Assembly (NCBI GenBank): GCA_008632985.1
Contig: QPGO01000003.1
Location: 496,001 to 560,000, forward strand
DNA length: 64,000 nt
Reading direction: 5' to 3'
Origin: Psammoneis japonica
Taxonomy: Eukaryota
The notes under the pieces were generated by a model. That model had not been told where the DNA came from. It ran no database searches and worked only from the letters and a program-made list of their open reading frames with translations. The position numbers and the translations under genes were made by a program. This document shows positions 61,889-64,000 of this stretch, piece by piece (within the stretch, counting starts at the first letter, position 1; the number at the start of each line of letters is the position of its first letter).

Positions 61889-63280
61889 TGTCGTCAATGC
61901 CAATCGATCCTTGTGTTAGAAACAACAACCGCCAACACGTTGACATCAACGGCGAGATTTGGATTCGGGGACTCTGTTCGCAACGGTCGGTTGGAGCTGG
62001 AGTGTTGTTTTCTGTAGAAATCTGCCGTCTGACCCGCAGCACTCGCGCAGAACTTGTGCGAGTCGCTGCGGCAAATCCACGGAATTCAAATTGCAACGGC
62101 GCCGTTTCAAAAACGCGACCAAAGTGCAGTGACCCATGAAATCAAAATGTGCCGGTACGTGCATGACGAGGAGCAGCAACTCTTCATTTCTTCTCCAAAT
62201 GACGATTCACCTCTTGCTTTGGACGATCCAACGACGAGGCTCTCTCGCTGATTTGTGGGAGGCTTCCAAACAAGATGCACCTTGAATCGGCATCGAGAAT
62301 GCATGGCATTCGGGGATTTGCCAATGGGCTGCAAACATTCGTGTGCACTTCCACGGCGCAAGTTCCACATGTTCAAAACTTCTCTGATTCCAGTGAGGCG
62401 ACTCAAGAAATCTCTTCCATCTCGGTCTGTGGATCGTTTTCCTCCGATGAAGCGCAAATGGTGGCATCGCCGAAAGCATGGCATGTCAGAGGGGTGGCAC
62501 TTCAACCAACGGTTGAGTTGGTCGATTGTAGTTTGAACAAGAATCGTCGCTTCTTCTCGCACACAATTTAAAGAAAACCCCGTTCACAAACGTGACACAG
62601 ACGGAACAAGACGATTTGAGGCTGTCATTTGCAATGCAATTCTCTCTTTTGCCTTGGTGCTTCCTCCACTGATTGTGCTTCGTGTCACTTTTGTGCACAA
62701 CAGTGGCTTTTGAACTCCGACCGGACAGCACCGCAGCAACAAAATGCTTTTTCCGCCATGCAGAAAAGAATCGCCAAACACATCAGAGCCATCATTGCTC
62801 AGATGCCAAGACAACCACCCTCTCTCCATGCAATGTGGGTTAGAAATTGCCTCATCACAAAAGATTCACAACTGCGAACTATTCACATTCTCGTCAGCAG
62901 GGTTTTTCACTCCCTGCTCGAATTGATGCAATGCGGTTTTCATGTTTCAGCGAGCCAATGGATGCAACACAGCTGCTGCAAAGCCAGCCAGCAAAAGGAC
63001 CACACATCCACGCAAGAGATTTGACAAAAGCGCGTGACGTTTGTTGTTTCAATGCACTTTTTCGCAGCACACGTTTCACTTTGAATGCTTTTCCATGACG
63101 TTGCTTCTTTCCATGAACAGCAACCTATGGTTCAAGGGATTGTCTGCACAATGACATGCTCCAGCGGTCGTTTTGTTGCCCTGTGCCGCCAGCGATGGTG
63201 GCACCATTGTGTTGCGCTTTCCAACAGACTCCAAGATAAGACATGTCCTTGTGTCTTGTGTCTTGTGCGTTCCGCTGTTC

Positions 63281-63488
63281 TGGGGGAAGTCTCCAGCCAG
63301 CTGCTGGCTGAAAAAAGTCTGCTCGTCAGTGCGTTTGGGGGTTTTGCAAGTACAATTTTTACGTGCGCTAAAGAAAACGAGTCTGTCCAGCGTTCACCAA
63401 AACCCCTTAACGCACAGATCGACAGACTCTTTCAGTACAAATCCTACATAAAATTCTTCAGCCAGCAGCTGGCTGGAGACTTCCCCCA
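63281..63488. mobile_element. 208-bp MITE with perfect 32-bp TIRs (TG...CA) and 4-bp TSD
   Basis: TGGGGGAAGTCTCCAGCCAGCTGCTGGCTGAA (63281-63312) and its exact reverse complement (63457-63488); GTTC on both sides (63277-63280 and 63489-63492). Confidence 0.88.
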
Positions 63489-64000
63489 GTTCCCTGTTCC
63501 TCGTCTCGAAAGGCGGGTGTTCGGCAACCACGAACACCGAATTTTCAAAAAAAAAGATTGCCTCGCCTGCTCGCCGCCCGCCCGTTGACAGGCACCATCG
63601 TGACCGCCATTTTTTGTTCCCGGTTTCTACTTCTAGTAGGGCCCTACTGCTCTAGAGTAGAGAGTAGCTACTGTACTACTCTAGAGACTGTCTAGAGAGG
63701 TGCTGTTTACCCTAACCAGAAAGCTGCAGCAAAGAAAGGGGGGTAATCCTTGTTGAAAGTGATGATCATTGTCGAACAGGGAAAGAGACGCTGTTCTTCT
63801 CACAAGGAATCGTCAAACAATTATTAATTGAAATTCCGTTGCCGGATCGTCCAAACCATTCTGAATCAAACGCATAGGATGCACCTCTGAGCGTGACAAG
63901 CCAATCGAACGTTTTTGAAAATTGATCCTTGACAGAAAGGGTCGAGACATGAAAAAGATTCGTGTACACTCAATGGAAACACACTGAATTTTTTAAGAAC

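Noticed and set aside
1..63600. Classical RIP, an alternative genetic code or RNA editing as the explanation for Tyr-to-Cys/His changes
   Set aside because: RIP would create TA rather than remove it. Host genes use Tyr normally. Changes occur on both strands, in non-coding LTRs and introns, and differ between LTRs after insertion.

Overview
Eukaryotic nuclear DNA, very probably from a diatom (delta-class carbonic anhydrase, CoDi-type Ty1/copia elements, bipartite plastid-targeting-like N-termini, short GT-AG introns); the species cannot be determined from the sequence. Islands of ordinary genes (two EamA/DMT transporters, two FG-GAP-repeat membrane-protein paralogues, delta-CA, a secreted Lys/Ser/Pro-rich protein, an RNF5-like E3 ligase, ribosomal protein P2, an OB-fold plus methyltransferase gene, two multi-repeat MYB paralogues) alternate with blocks of transposon-derived DNA: one full-length copia with both LTRs and a 5-bp TSD, several copia relics, three copies of a ~447-bp TRIM carrying a tRNA-like Pol III promoter, and two MITEs. 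The dominant signal is that repeat-derived DNA has almost lost the dinucleotide TpA. It has been converted to TpG or CpA (A>G on either strand), turning conserved Tyr codons into Cys/His and TAA stops into CAA. Paired LTRs, TRIM copies and paralogous genes all show it, and conserved protein motifs fix the direction. This looks like a repeat-directed hypermutation process running opposite to fungal RIP that spills into neighbouring and duplicated host genes. Mechanism and novelty are inference and need checking. All alignments and counts were made by eye.
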